Part shown: positions 28,704 to 36,986 of the stretch, one piece after another
Layout: each line of letters starts with the position of its first letter
Position numbering within the stretch: position 1 is the first letter of the stretch
Position numbers and translations under genes: made by a program
Notes under the pieces: model-generated
The model's database searches: none
Told to the model about the DNA's origin: nothing
Seen by the model: only the letters and a program-made list of their open reading frames with translations
Assembly: GCA_035316145.1 (NCBI GenBank)
Contig: DATHJO010000015.1
Location: 9,272-73,271, forward strand
Reading direction: 5' to 3'
Origin: Allosphingosinicella sp.
GTDB taxonomy: Bacteria; Pseudomonadota; Alphaproteobacteria; Sphingomonadales; Sphingomonadaceae
DNA: 64,000 nt

Positions 28704-29357
28704 ATGTTCCGCTCCGCCGACGATCTCTCCGAAGCCGGAATCGACCTCCTAGCCTCGGCGCGCGGGAGGACGTTTGGCACCATCCTCGCCGATCCGCCCT
28801 GGCAGTTCCAGAACCGCACCGGCAAGGTCGCGCCCGAGCATAAGCGGCTCGCCCGCTACGGCACGATGACGCACGAGGAGATTTGCAATCTCCCGGTCGA
28901 AGACATCACCGCCGATCCCTCGCATCTCTATCTCTGGGTGCCGAACGCGCTGCTGCCCGAGGGGCTGAAGGTGATGGAAGCATGGGGCTATCGCTACATT
29001 TCCAATATCGTTTGGCACAAGGTTCGCAAGGACGGCGGCTCGGACGGGCGCGGCGTTGGCTTCTATTTCCGCAACGTCACCGAGCTGCTGCTGTTCGGCG
29101 TGCGCGGCAAGGACGCGCGTACGCTCGCCCCGGGCCGGCGCCAGGTCAACATGATGCAGACCCGCAAGCGCGAGCACAGCCGCAAGCCCGACGAGCAGTA
29201 CAAGATCATCGAGGAGTGCAGTTGGGGGCCGCGGCTGGAGATGTTCTCGCGCGGCAAACGGCGCGGCTGGACGGTGTGGGGCAACCAGGCCGATGACGAT
29301 TACAAGCCGACCTGGGACACCTACGGCTACAACAGCGCGGCGATCGCGGCAGAGTAG
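28704..29357 (+). CDS. MT-A70 family N6-adenine DNA methyltransferase
   Basis: 217 aa. DPPW catalytic motif (TILADPPWQF) near the N-terminus, then LYLWVPN...WGY...I.W.K and HSRKPDE. Confidence 0.85.
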   Translation: MFRSADDLSEAGIDLLASARGRTFGTILADPPWQFQNRTGKVAPEHKRLARYGTMTHEEICNLPVEDITADPSHLYLWVPNALLPEGLKVMEAWGYRYISNIVWHKVRKDGGSDGRGVGFYFRNVTELLLFGVRGKDARTLAPGRRQVNMMQTRKREHSRKPDEQYKIIEECSWGPRLEMFSRGKRRGWTVWGNQADDDYKPTWDTYGYNSAAIAAE

Positions 29358-30002
29358 CTACTCCTCGGGAGGCAACTGCGCCGCCTCGGCCTTTTGTTCC
29401 GGCCGGGCGGGCCCGTCGTCGACGTACAGCTCCGGCTTGATCGCAAACGTCAGGATCGGGCATCCGCCGCCGCCACCGCCCTGAAGGCGCGGCCAAAGCT
29501 TCATGTGGTGCGTGGTTGAGGACCCGTAGGACTTACCCTTGCCGAGTTGCTTGAAGATCGCCTGTAGCTCCGTGGCGCGAGTTATGATGATGCCGACCTC
29601 GATAGCGCGCAGATCGAACAGGAGCCGAAAGTTATTCAGGTCGCGGTCGAAAAATGGGTCCTTGTTGTTCCACTCCACCTCCAACGCGACACGATTGCGG
29701 AAGCAGTCGACGCTGTGAGTGGGGCTCTCGAACGTGACGTCATCCACCTTGATCGCGGTGTGAAAATCCTTTTCTTTCCACTCACGCGCGTAAAAGTTCT
29801 CGTCGATCCGCTTAGAGACCAGCGATCTCCCGCCCCCAGCAGCTTCAATCTCGGATCGCAACAGCTTGAATTCTCGAAGCACCGCTAGCAGATCTGCCCA
29901 TTCCTCGGGAAATGCGGTGGTAAGAACGCCCGCCGCGTTGCGCCACTCGCGGACATGATACTTCTCTTGAATGTCCCCGGGAACCAGGTGGAGCGTTGAC
30001 AT
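29358..30002 (-). CDS. Type II restriction endonuclease, BglII/BamHI/BstYI-fold
   Basis: 214 aa. VDCFRNRVALEVEW gives D-X8-E-X-E at BglII-like spacing, followed by NNKDPFFDRDLNNF. Tail-to-tail and abutting the methyltransferase. AAGGAG SD. Confidence 0.65.
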   Translation of the reverse strand: MSTLHLVPGDIQEKYHVREWRNAAGVLTTAFPEEWADLLAVLREFKLLRSEIEAAGGGRSLVSKRIDENFYAREWKEKDFHTAIKVDDVTFESPTHSVDCFRNRVALEVEWNNKDPFFDRDLNNFRLLFDLRAIEVGIIITRATELQAIFKQLGKGKSYGSSTTHHMKLWPRLQGGGGGGCPILTFAIKPELYVDDGPARPEQKAEAAQLPPEE

Positions 30003-30102
30003 GCGCTCCTTGTGCTTTGGTCACTCGCTTTGCGCAAGCAGGGCGTCTCTACTCGCCGCCACGCTCCACCAAGCCTTAACCTCCGCGCGCTAAAGCGCCC
30101 CC

Positions 30103-30311
30103 ATGTTCGGATTCCGCCTGTCCTGGGTGTTCCGCAGCCGCTGGCTGGCTTTGGTCTGGTGTGGGCTGATCGTGTGGATGGCGGTCGATCTGATTGGTCC
30201 CGATGCCGGCGCTAGAACGACCAGGCCGCCGCCAACGTGACCGACATCACCGGCGCCCCGGTCAGCCAGCACGACCTCGACGTGCTGCGCAACTTCGCCG
30301 AAGGGCATTAG
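30103..30311 (+). pseudogene. Possible frameshifted small membrane-protein gene
   Basis: ATG 30103 gives MFGFRLSWVFRSRWLALVWCGLIVWMAVDLIGPDAGA..., stopping at 30240. High-GC3 coding continues in another frame (NDQAAANVTDITGAPVSQHDLDVLRNFAEGH*) to 30311. Confidence 0.3.
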
Positions 30312-30396
30312 CCGCGGGCCAAGATGAAAACGGAACTTCCCGCTTTCCAACACCTTCCCATAGCCCGCTCGACTGTCCCCGTTTCCCGGCCGCGCC

Positions 30397-30858
30397 TCAG
30401 GAGATGAAGCGCTCGATCGGATAGGCGGAGAGCGCGGCGAGCGCGAGCAGCATGGCCGCCTGCGCCCAGCCGGCGCGCCGCGGCGGCAGCCGGCCGAGCA
30501 GCAGATAGGCGCCGACCAGCAGCGGCAGAGCGAGGACGGCGAGCTGGCACAGCCTGTCGCCCGGATAGTCGGTGGCGAACAAGGTGGCGATCCCCGCCAC
30601 CGGCACCAGCAGGAAACCCGCGCGCCGCGCCCAGGAGGGTCCGCCCAGCGCGCGATCCACCGCGACGAGCGCGAGCAGCAGGCCCCAGAGCCAGGCCAAA
30701 GCCGCCAGCGTCGCATAGGCCTGGCCGACCACGCTGTCGCCGGGGCCCTCGATGCTGGCCAAGTCCAGCGAGAGGAACCACAGATAGAGGAGCAAAGCCG
30801 CCGCGCCGCCCGCCGCCATCAGGATCGATCCCGGCCGGAGCTTCGCGCCCTTCTCCAT
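30397..30858 (-). CDS. Hypothetical integral membrane protein
   Basis: 153 aa from the internal ATG (MEKGAKLRPGSILMAAGGAAALLLYLWF...), 4 TM segments. Confidence 0.55.
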   Translation of the reverse strand: MEKGAKLRPGSILMAAGGAAALLLYLWFLSLDLASIEGPGDSVVGQAYATLAALAWLWGLLLALVAVDRALGGPSWARRAGFLLVPVAGIATLFATDYPGDRLCQLAVLALPLLVGAYLLLGRLPPRRAGWAQAAMLLALAALSAYPIERFIS

Positions 30859-30991
30859 CCCGCCCTTGGATGCCGATCCGCGCCGGAACGCAAGGCCCGT
30901 TTTCAGCTCGGCCTGCCCATCGCCATGGCCGTCCTCCAGGCGCAGGATGATGCGGCGACTGACGGCGGCGGCGGCGCCCGGACGCCGAGGT

Positions 30992-31336
30992 TCAAAACGG
31001 CACTCTGATCCCCACCAGCAGCCGGTTGCTGACCACCCCCGGCTGGAGCTCGACGGCTTCGACGCCGGCGAAGCCTCTGAGGTTGCCGACGATGCCGGTC
31101 TCGGCAAGGATGCGGCGCGGCTCGTACAACTCCGCCATTTCGTCGAGCGGATAGGTGCCGCGGCCCCGCCGTCCGCAGACGACGATCGCCGACGGGTCGG
31201 CGCGGTCGCAGGCGGGGCCAAACGCCCATCTCTCGGCGTCGGCGGACTGGTAGCGGGCAAGGTCGAAGTCGACCGCGGCGAGCGCGGGCGGCGCGGGCGC
31301 GGCCGCCTGGACGAGCATCATCAGGGCCAGGGACAT
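30992..31336 (-). CDS. Hypothetical secreted protein
   Basis: 114 aa from the internal ATG. Signal-like MSLALMMLVQAAAPAPPALA. Confidence 0.45.
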   Translation of the reverse strand: MSLALMMLVQAAAPAPPALAAVDFDLARYQSADAERWAFGPACDRADPSAIVVCGRRGRGTYPLDEMAELYEPRRILAETGIVGNLRGFAGVEAVELQPGVVSNRLLVGIRVPF

Positions 31337-31915
31337 GCTTCGCTCCACTGCCGACCGGCACAATTTCGACCCGCAATCGGGCGAAGATAAGGCAAGCTGT
31401 GGAGGTGACAAAGCACACGGAACAAAGCTAGAACTTTTCGCTTTCCTACAGCCCCCGCCATGCGATAAGTGAGTCGCTCCCCTTTCGACTCGAGAGGAGC
31501 GACTCGCATGTCCGATCCGATGCATCCGCCCGCCGCCCACCCCGCGCTCCGCAGCCCATCCACCCAATATCGTTCGCACGCGCCCGGGCGCGGAGGTTCC
31601 CCCGCGGCGTCCCGTCAACTTCGTCAACTTCCGGCGCGGATGGCATGTGTAAAGCTTGTCAACTTCATCCACTTTCGCGCCGCGAGCGCGCACCGAATGG
31701 CACCTGTCGGAGTTGTCAGGATATCCCGCGCGGGCTCCGGGATTCGCCCGACGGCGACCCGGATTTTTTCGCCCATGGAAGCTGAACTTTCTGAACCTTC
31801 CGCCGCTCGCGGCCGCCCGTCAACTTCCGGCACGCATGGCTCCCGCGGGCTGGGCGATGCCGCGGTGGCATGGCGACATGCCGTGGCCACTCGATCGCTG
31901 GCAAGGAGCTGACCA

Positions 31916-32326
31916 ATGGAAGCAACCGGAGGCTGCCTGTGCGGCGCAATCCGCTACCGGGTGAAGGGGCTGCCGCAGGCGACCTCGCTGTGCCACTGCG
32001 AATCGTGCCGGCGCGCAACCGGCGGCCCCTCGCTCGCCTGGGCGATCTTCGCCGAGGGCGACGTCGAGATCACCAGCGGGGAGCTCGCCATCTACGCCTC
32101 CTCGCCCGGCGTCGAGCGCGGCTTTTGCGCGCGCTGCGGCACTTCGCTGAGCTATGCCCGCGCCAACCGCCCAGGGCTGTTCGACGTCACCACTGCTTCA
32201 CTGGACGATCCGGAGGCCTTCCCGCCCGCCGTCGAGATCTGGACCTCCGAGCGCCTCTGCTGGGAAGCGGCCAATCCCGCCCTTCGCCAGTTCGCGCAAT
32301 TCAGCACCCCGCCGGGCGCGGCCTGA
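31916..32326 (+). CDS. GFA-family (CENP-V/glutathione-dependent formaldehyde-activating-like) zinc protein
   Basis: GGCLCGAIRY...CHCESCRR...CARCGTSL Cys pattern. AAGGAG SD. Confidence 0.85.
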   Translation: MEATGGCLCGAIRYRVKGLPQATSLCHCESCRRATGGPSLAWAIFAEGDVEITSGELAIYASSPGVERGFCARCGTSLSYARANRPGLFDVTTASLDDPEAFPPAVEIWTSERLCWEAANPALRQFAQFSTPPGAA

Positions 32327-32349
32327 CCCGCGCCGCCGCGCCGCGCCGC

Positions 32350-33240
32350 TCAATCGTGGGTGCAGCCGGGATCGCCGTCGCAGATCAAGGTGTCGTAGCC
32401 CGAATTGGGCGAAATATCGTGGGCGAGGGCGAGCAACGGCAGATAGTCGCTGCGGACGCTGCCGAAGCCGAACCCGCCGAGATAGCGCCGCGCCACCTGC
32501 AATCCCTCGAGCAATGTCACGCCAACCGGCACCCGCGTCCCGACCGGGACATAATCGTTGTTGGTGAGGCGCGGCCAGAGCCGTTGGATCAGCAGCTTCG
32601 CCCAGCTCGGCGTGTCGGCTCCGGGCGGGACCAGCGGCACCACGTCGGCCGCGGATTCGTAGCGCCGGCAGCTTATCCCGCCATGGGCCTGATAGGCGGT
32701 GCGGAAATCCTCGTTGCCGCAGCGCGCGGCGGCGATCGTGAGCACGCGGATCGGCCCCTCCAGCCCGACGATCCCGAGCGCCCGCCAGCCGGCGAGATTG
32801 GCGAGCGCGCCGCCCTTGCTGTGCCCGGTGACGTAGAGCCGGTTCGGCCCGCCCGGCCGGATCAGCCCCTGGATCGCCGGCGCGACCTGGCCCCACAGCC
32901 GCTCGACCGAGCCGGCGAAGCCCGCATGCACGCGGCCGGGATAGACCGTATTGTCGCGCGAGAGGAACTCGACATTGTTGAGCCAGTCGCGCGCGACCTC
33001 GCCCGAACCATGGTCGTCCTCGACGAACGGCGCCAGCGTGCCGCGAAAGGCGAGCACGATACCTTCGGCGACGCGCCCGACCAGGGCGCGGTCGATATTG
33101 CCGGCGCCGTGCGGGCCCTGCGCGATGAACTCCTGGGGCGGCTCGGTCCAGCCGACCGGCGTGCCCCTGGGCGGCAGCTGCGTCTGGTACGTCTGCCGGC
33201 ACGCGAACAACAAGCGCCGCCTGATGCATGTATCCGGCAT
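32350..33240 (-). CDS. Class 3 lipase family protein
   Basis: 296 aa: VLAFRGT...VHAGF...YVTGHSKGGALA (GxSxG nucleophile elbow). Confidence 0.75.
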   Translation of the reverse strand: MPDTCIRRRLLFACRQTYQTQLPPRGTPVGWTEPPQEFIAQGPHGAGNIDRALVGRVAEGIVLAFRGTLAPFVEDDHGSGEVARDWLNNVEFLSRDNTVYPGRVHAGFAGSVERLWGQVAPAIQGLIRPGGPNRLYVTGHSKGGALANLAGWRALGIVGLEGPIRVLTIAAARCGNEDFRTAYQAHGGISCRRYESAADVVPLVPPGADTPSWAKLLIQRLWPRLTNNDYVPVGTRVPVGVTLLEGLQVARRYLGGFGFGSVRSDYLPLLALAHDISPNSGYDTLICDGDPGCTHD

Positions 33241-33478
33241 GATCCGGCCCCTCCCTGCTCCGCCGCCCCGTCGTCCGGCGGCCGAGTCGAAAGCTTACGC
33301 CGCTTCGCGCCGATCTTCAAAGGCCGGGTCGGCGGCATCGCGGCCCCTTCCCCCGCCTCCGCCGCGCATCCGGGCGGCAGCTGGCGCCGCCGGCGAAGCC
33401 CCGGCCCTTCGATCCGGCCCTTGTGCCGCCGGTGCCTTTGCGCGCATCCTTGCCCTCGCATCAGACCGGAGAGCCGTC

Positions 33479-33979
33479 ATGTCGCAGGAGAATGTCGCCC
33501 TGGTCCGGGCCATTTACGATGCCTTCGCCGCCGGCGACATTGCCGGCGTGCTCGGCCGGATGAGCCCAGACATCGTCTGGAACGAAGCCGAGAACTTCCC
33601 TTATGCGGACGGCAATCCCTATCGCGGGCCGGAGGCGGTGCTCAACGGCGTGTTCGCCCGGATCGGGGCGGAGTGGGACGGGTTCGAAGTGGTGGTCGAG
33701 GAGTTGCTCGGAGCGATTTCGAGCCGGGCCGAAGCTCCCGGCGACTCGGGAATCGCGGCATCGAGGACTCCCGGCGGCGACACGGTGGTCGCGCTCGGCC
33801 GCTACCGCGGCACCTGCAAGGCGACCGGCCGCGCGATCGACGCCCAGCTCGCCCATGTCTGGCGGGTGGAAGGCGGCAAGGCGGCGGCGTTCCAGCAATA
33901 TGCCGACACCCTCCAGGTGGCGCGGCGACCGGCGCCGCCTGACCCTAGCTCAGGCCCGCGTCCTGCATCTTCTTCCTGA
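33479..33979 (+). CDS. SnoaL-like / NTF2-family protein (with apparent 20-codon insertion)
   Basis: [25 protein letters not shown]...[15 protein letters not shown]...[36 protein letters not shown]. Confidence 0.7.
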   Translation: MSQENVALVRAIYDAFAAGDIAGVLGRMSPDIVWNEAENFPYADGNPYRGPEAVLNGVFARIGAEWDGFEVVVEELLGAISSRAEAPGDSGIAASRTPGGDTVVALGRYRGTCKATGRAIDAQLAHVWRVEGGKAAAFQQYADTLQVARRPAPPDPSSGPRPASSS

Positions 33980-34166
33980 GGCTCAGTGGGCGCATGTCGG
34001 TCCAGACCTCCTCGATCCAGGCGAGCACTTCCTGCTTGGTGCCGGTCTTGCCGGCATTGTGCCAGCCCAAAGGCAGCTCGCGGTCCGCGGGCCAGATCGA
34101 ATATTGCTCCTCGTCGTTGACCACCGCCATGTAGATCGTCGTGTCTTCCTCGTCGTTCCAGCCCAT
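33945..34166 (-). CDS. MbtH-like protein
   Basis: 73 aa: [49 protein letters not shown], the canonical MbtH signature with three Trp. Confidence 0.9.
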   Translation of the reverse strand: MGWNDEEDTTIYMAVVNDEEQYSIWPADRELPLGWHNAGKTGTKQEVLAWIEEVWTDMRPLSLRKKMQDAGLS

Positions 34167-34196
34167 GATCGCATCCTCCCTTTCTCACATGCTCCG

Positions 34197-34664
34197 CTAG
34201 GGCGCGGGCGCGGCGCACAATTTACCGGTCTCGCGGCAGAAGGCGGCGCGGATCTCGGCGGCGAGGTCCACCCCCTGCATCGCCTGCGCGATCTCGGGGA
34301 GCAGGCGGGGCAGGGCGCCGACATAGGCGCGGCCGGCCGGGCTCTCGAGGAAGGCGACGATCTCGGCGAGCTGTGCGGCGGTGAAGTGGCGGGCGTAGAT
34401 CGCGCCGACCGTGACGAGCAGCCGCGCCCGGCCGGTCTCGAGCGTCGCCCGGCCGATCTCGCGCAGCCGGCTCCGCTCGGCCTCGGTCAGGTCCGGCGTT
34501 TCGCGCGCCAGCCGCTCGACCTCGGCCGCGCCCATCGCGCCGACGATCGCGTTGAAATCGCCCGCCGCCGCCATGCGCCGCCCGAGCGCCAGCTGCTCCG
34601 GCGGTTGGGCGAGCGCCGCGCCACCCCATGCCAGCAAGCCCAGCCCGAGCAGGATCGTCCGCAT
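34197..34664 (-). CDS. DUF2059-like periplasmic protein
   Basis: Internal ATG, signal peptide MRTILLGLGLLAWGGAALAQ, then ...YARHFTAAQLAEIVAFLESPAGRAY. Confidence 0.6.
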   Translation of the reverse strand: MRTILLGLGLLAWGGAALAQPPEQLALGRRMAAAGDFNAIVGAMGAAEVERLARETPDLTEAERSRLREIGRATLETGRARLLVTVGAIYARHFTAAQLAEIVAFLESPAGRAYVGALPRLLPEIAQAMQGVDLAAEIRAAFCRETGKLCAAPAP

Positions 34665-34961
34665 CGCCTCTTCCCCTTTTCGTCCCTTTTTGCACGTCTT
34701 CGCCCGGCCGTCATCATCGTGGCGAACGAGGGAGGGCGGCTCTGCGCGGGGGATTGACGACCGGACCGGCGCTGCCGGGTCGGATGCAGCCCGCATGGTT
34801 AATTTGGCGTTAACTATAAAGATAGTTGATCTTGCGTGATTTAAAGAAAGATACTTCTTGGAGGTCCTGAATTAACTGTAATTAAACCACGATATTCTCT
34901 GCCTCATGGAACTGTATTGACCTCGGTCAGTTGATTGCCCGCCGCAAACAGGAGCAGGGAT

Positions 34962-35579
34962 ATGCTGATCCACCGGACAAGCAGGGCGCCGCACCTTCCC
35001 CCCGCGCTGCCGGCCGCGCTCGAGCGCCGCGACGGCCGCCGGATCCACACCGTGCTCCGCGTCGCCAGGGTCGCCCGCGGCCACGATTCCGGCCTGTGGC
35101 GGGTGCGCAACATCTCGGACGGCGGCATGATGATGGCCGCGAGCGTGCCGGTCACGCCGGGCGAGCGCCTCTCGGTCGCGCTGTCGGACAGCGTGACGCT
35201 CGACGCCGAAGTCAAGTGGTGGGACGGCGAGCGCTGCGGCGTCGCGTTCGACCGGCCGATCGATTGCGCCGCCTTGCTGCACGATCTCGTCGCCGAGCAG
35301 CGCCTGCCCTTCTACCGGCCGCCGCGGCTGCCGGTCTCGACCCGGGCGATAGTCTATTGCGAGAAGGGGCTGCACAGCGTCCGCCTCTCCAACCTCTCGC
35401 AGCACGGCGCCGGCTTTGCCCATGACGGCCGGGTGACGCCGGGGATGCAGGCGATGCTCCTGTTCGAGGACGGCGACGAACATCGCGGCGTCGTCCGCTG
35501 GTCGCACGACGGCCGCGCCGGCATGTACCTGGTCGAGCCCTTTCCCTGCGCCCGGCTCGAAAGCGCCTGCCGCCTCTAG
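34962..35579 (+). CDS. PilZ domain protein (two PilZ-like halves)
   Basis: RRDGRR...VRNISDGGMMM and a second RLSNLSQHGAGF module. AT-rich upstream region. Confidence 0.7.
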   Translation: MLIHRTSRAPHLPPALPAALERRDGRRIHTVLRVARVARGHDSGLWRVRNISDGGMMMAASVPVTPGERLSVALSDSVTLDAEVKWWDGERCGVAFDRPIDCAALLHDLVAEQRLPFYRPPRLPVSTRAIVYCEKGLHSVRLSNLSQHGAGFAHDGRVTPGMQAMLLFEDGDEHRGVVRWSHDGRAGMYLVEPFPCARLESACRL

Positions 35580-36031
35580 CGGTCGAGCCGTTCCGCGAAC
35601 CGCTGGTTGTTGAGGAAGCCGAGCCGCGTCACGCCGGCGCCGCGGATCGCGGCGAGCAGCTCGTCGACCCGCTCATAGCGGGTCTCGCCGTCGGCATCGA
35701 GGATCAGCGCCGGACGACGGGGATCGGCGTTGAGCGCGGCGAGCCGGCCCGGCAGCGCCGCCGCGGCGAGCGGCCGGCCGTCCCAGGCGAGCGCGCCCGC
35801 CGCGTCGATGGCGAGCCGGTGCGAGGGCGGCGGCGTGCCGCCGGGCGCGGGCCGCGGCAGATCGAGCGGCACCTTGTGGGTGGTCATCGGGATGGCGACG
35901 ATCAACATGATCAGGATGACCAGCATCATGTCGATCAGCGGCGTCGTGTTGATCGCCGCGATCGGCGCATAATCGCTTCTGGCCGCGTAGAAGCGGGTGC
36001 GGATCGGGCGGCGCTTGGCGGTGAGGACCAT
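35576..36031 (-). CDS. ExbD/TolR-family biopolymer transport protein
   Basis: 151 aa from the internal ATG: INTTPLIDMMLVILIMLIV...HKVPLDLP...DGETRYERVDELLAAIRGAGV. Confidence 0.8.
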   Translation of the reverse strand: MVLTAKRRPIRTRFYAARSDYAPIAAINTTPLIDMMLVILIMLIVAIPMTTHKVPLDLPRPAPGGTPPPSHRLAIDAAGALAWDGRPLAAAALPGRLAALNADPRRPALILDADGETRYERVDELLAAIRGAGVTRLGFLNNQRFAERLDR

Positions 36032-36184
36032 GGCTTTCCGTCTCCTTCGGCTGTGTGCCGGATGATATACTATTACAAGCGTCGTGCAAGCGGCTATGTG
36101 CGGCTCGGCCCGCGTTGACAGGCTCGGGCGCGTGGCCCACGATGGCGGTCGCGTTCCTATGCCCCTCCAGACAGGGAGCTGGCG

Positions 36185-36631
36185 ATGACCGAAATCCTCG
36201 AGCAAAATCCCGCCGCGCGTCTCAAAGAGGCCTATGCCGCCTGGTCGGAGAGCAAGGGAACGGATTACCAGTGGCTCGAGCTGCTCGCCGACGATGTCGA
36301 AATGCACTCGGTCCTCACCCCCGAGCTGCCCGACGACTTCGCGGCGCCGCCGCGGCGCGGCAAGGCGGGCGCGATGGAATATGTCCAGACGCTGGGGCGC
36401 GACTGGGAGATGATCGAGTTCGTCTGCGACCGCTTCATCGACGCCGGCGACGATGTCGTCATGGTCGGCCATTGCGCCTGGCGCAACCGCACCACCGGCA
36501 AGCTGGTCGACACGCCCAAGGTCGACGTCTGGCATTTCGAGGGCGGCCGGGCGACCAGCTTCCTCGAGATGTTCGACAGCCTCGCCTTCGTCCGCGCGAT
36601 CCCGTTCGGCGACGCGATGGGCCTCGGCTGA
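36185..36631 (+). CDS. SnoaL-like/NTF2-fold protein
   Basis: 148 aa with high GC3. Weak family call from the pattern AYAAWSESKG...VVMVGHCAWRNRTTGK...DVWHFEGGRA. Confidence 0.55.
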   Translation: MTEILEQNPAARLKEAYAAWSESKGTDYQWLELLADDVEMHSVLTPELPDDFAAPPRRGKAGAMEYVQTLGRDWEMIEFVCDRFIDAGDDVVMVGHCAWRNRTTGKLVDTPKVDVWHFEGGRATSFLEMFDSLAFVRAIPFGDAMGLG

Positions 36632-36680
36632 CCGGCCGCGGGGCGGCGGAGACTTGCGCCGGCTGGGACGTTGACCCGCC

Positions 36681-36881
36681 ATGCCATCCAGCGTGATCCG
36701 CGCCGCCCGTTATGATCCCGACCGGCAGCTGCTCGACATCACCTTCACCACCGGCCGGCGCTATCTCTATCATCGCGTGCCGGTCGAGGAGGCCGACGCC
36801 TTCCGGGCCGCGTTCAGCAAGGGACGCTATTTCAACGCCCATATCCGCGATGCCTACGAACATACCGAATGCGTCGTCTAA
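36681..36881 (+). CDS. KTSC domain protein
   Basis: 66 aa: IRAARYDPDRQLLDITFTTGRRYLYHRVPVEEADAFRAAFSKGRYFN. Confidence 0.8.
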   Translation: MPSSVIRAARYDPDRQLLDITFTTGRRYLYHRVPVEEADAFRAAFSKGRYFNAHIRDAYEHTECVV

Positions 36882-36986
36882 ACTGGACATGAACCGCGCG
36901 TAATGTTGGGTTCACGAAACCCCCGGCGCCACGCTTCGTTCTTACCCATGTCCCCCCAGGTTCGGGGTCCCATCCAAAGGAGTAGT

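Noticed and set aside
27514-30002. Calling the nrdB-adjacent islet a prophage or integrative element
   Set aside because: There is no integrase, excisionase, transposase, tRNA or identifiable flanking direct repeats. Only compositional and functional evidence supports horizontal origin.
30090-30781. Listed minus-strand ORFs 30090..30716 and 30308..30781
   Set aside because: They are Arg/Ala/Pro-rich and out-of-frame with the clearly membrane-like frame 30397..30858, which has better hydrophobic periodicity and GC3.
31641-31656. Sigma-54 promoter TGGCATGTGTAAAGCT as a confident call
   Set aside because: The GG-N10-GC spacing is right, but the -12 region (AAGCT) and -24 flank are weak. The nearest downstream gene is about 260 nt away. 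It is kept only as a remark inside the spacer finding.
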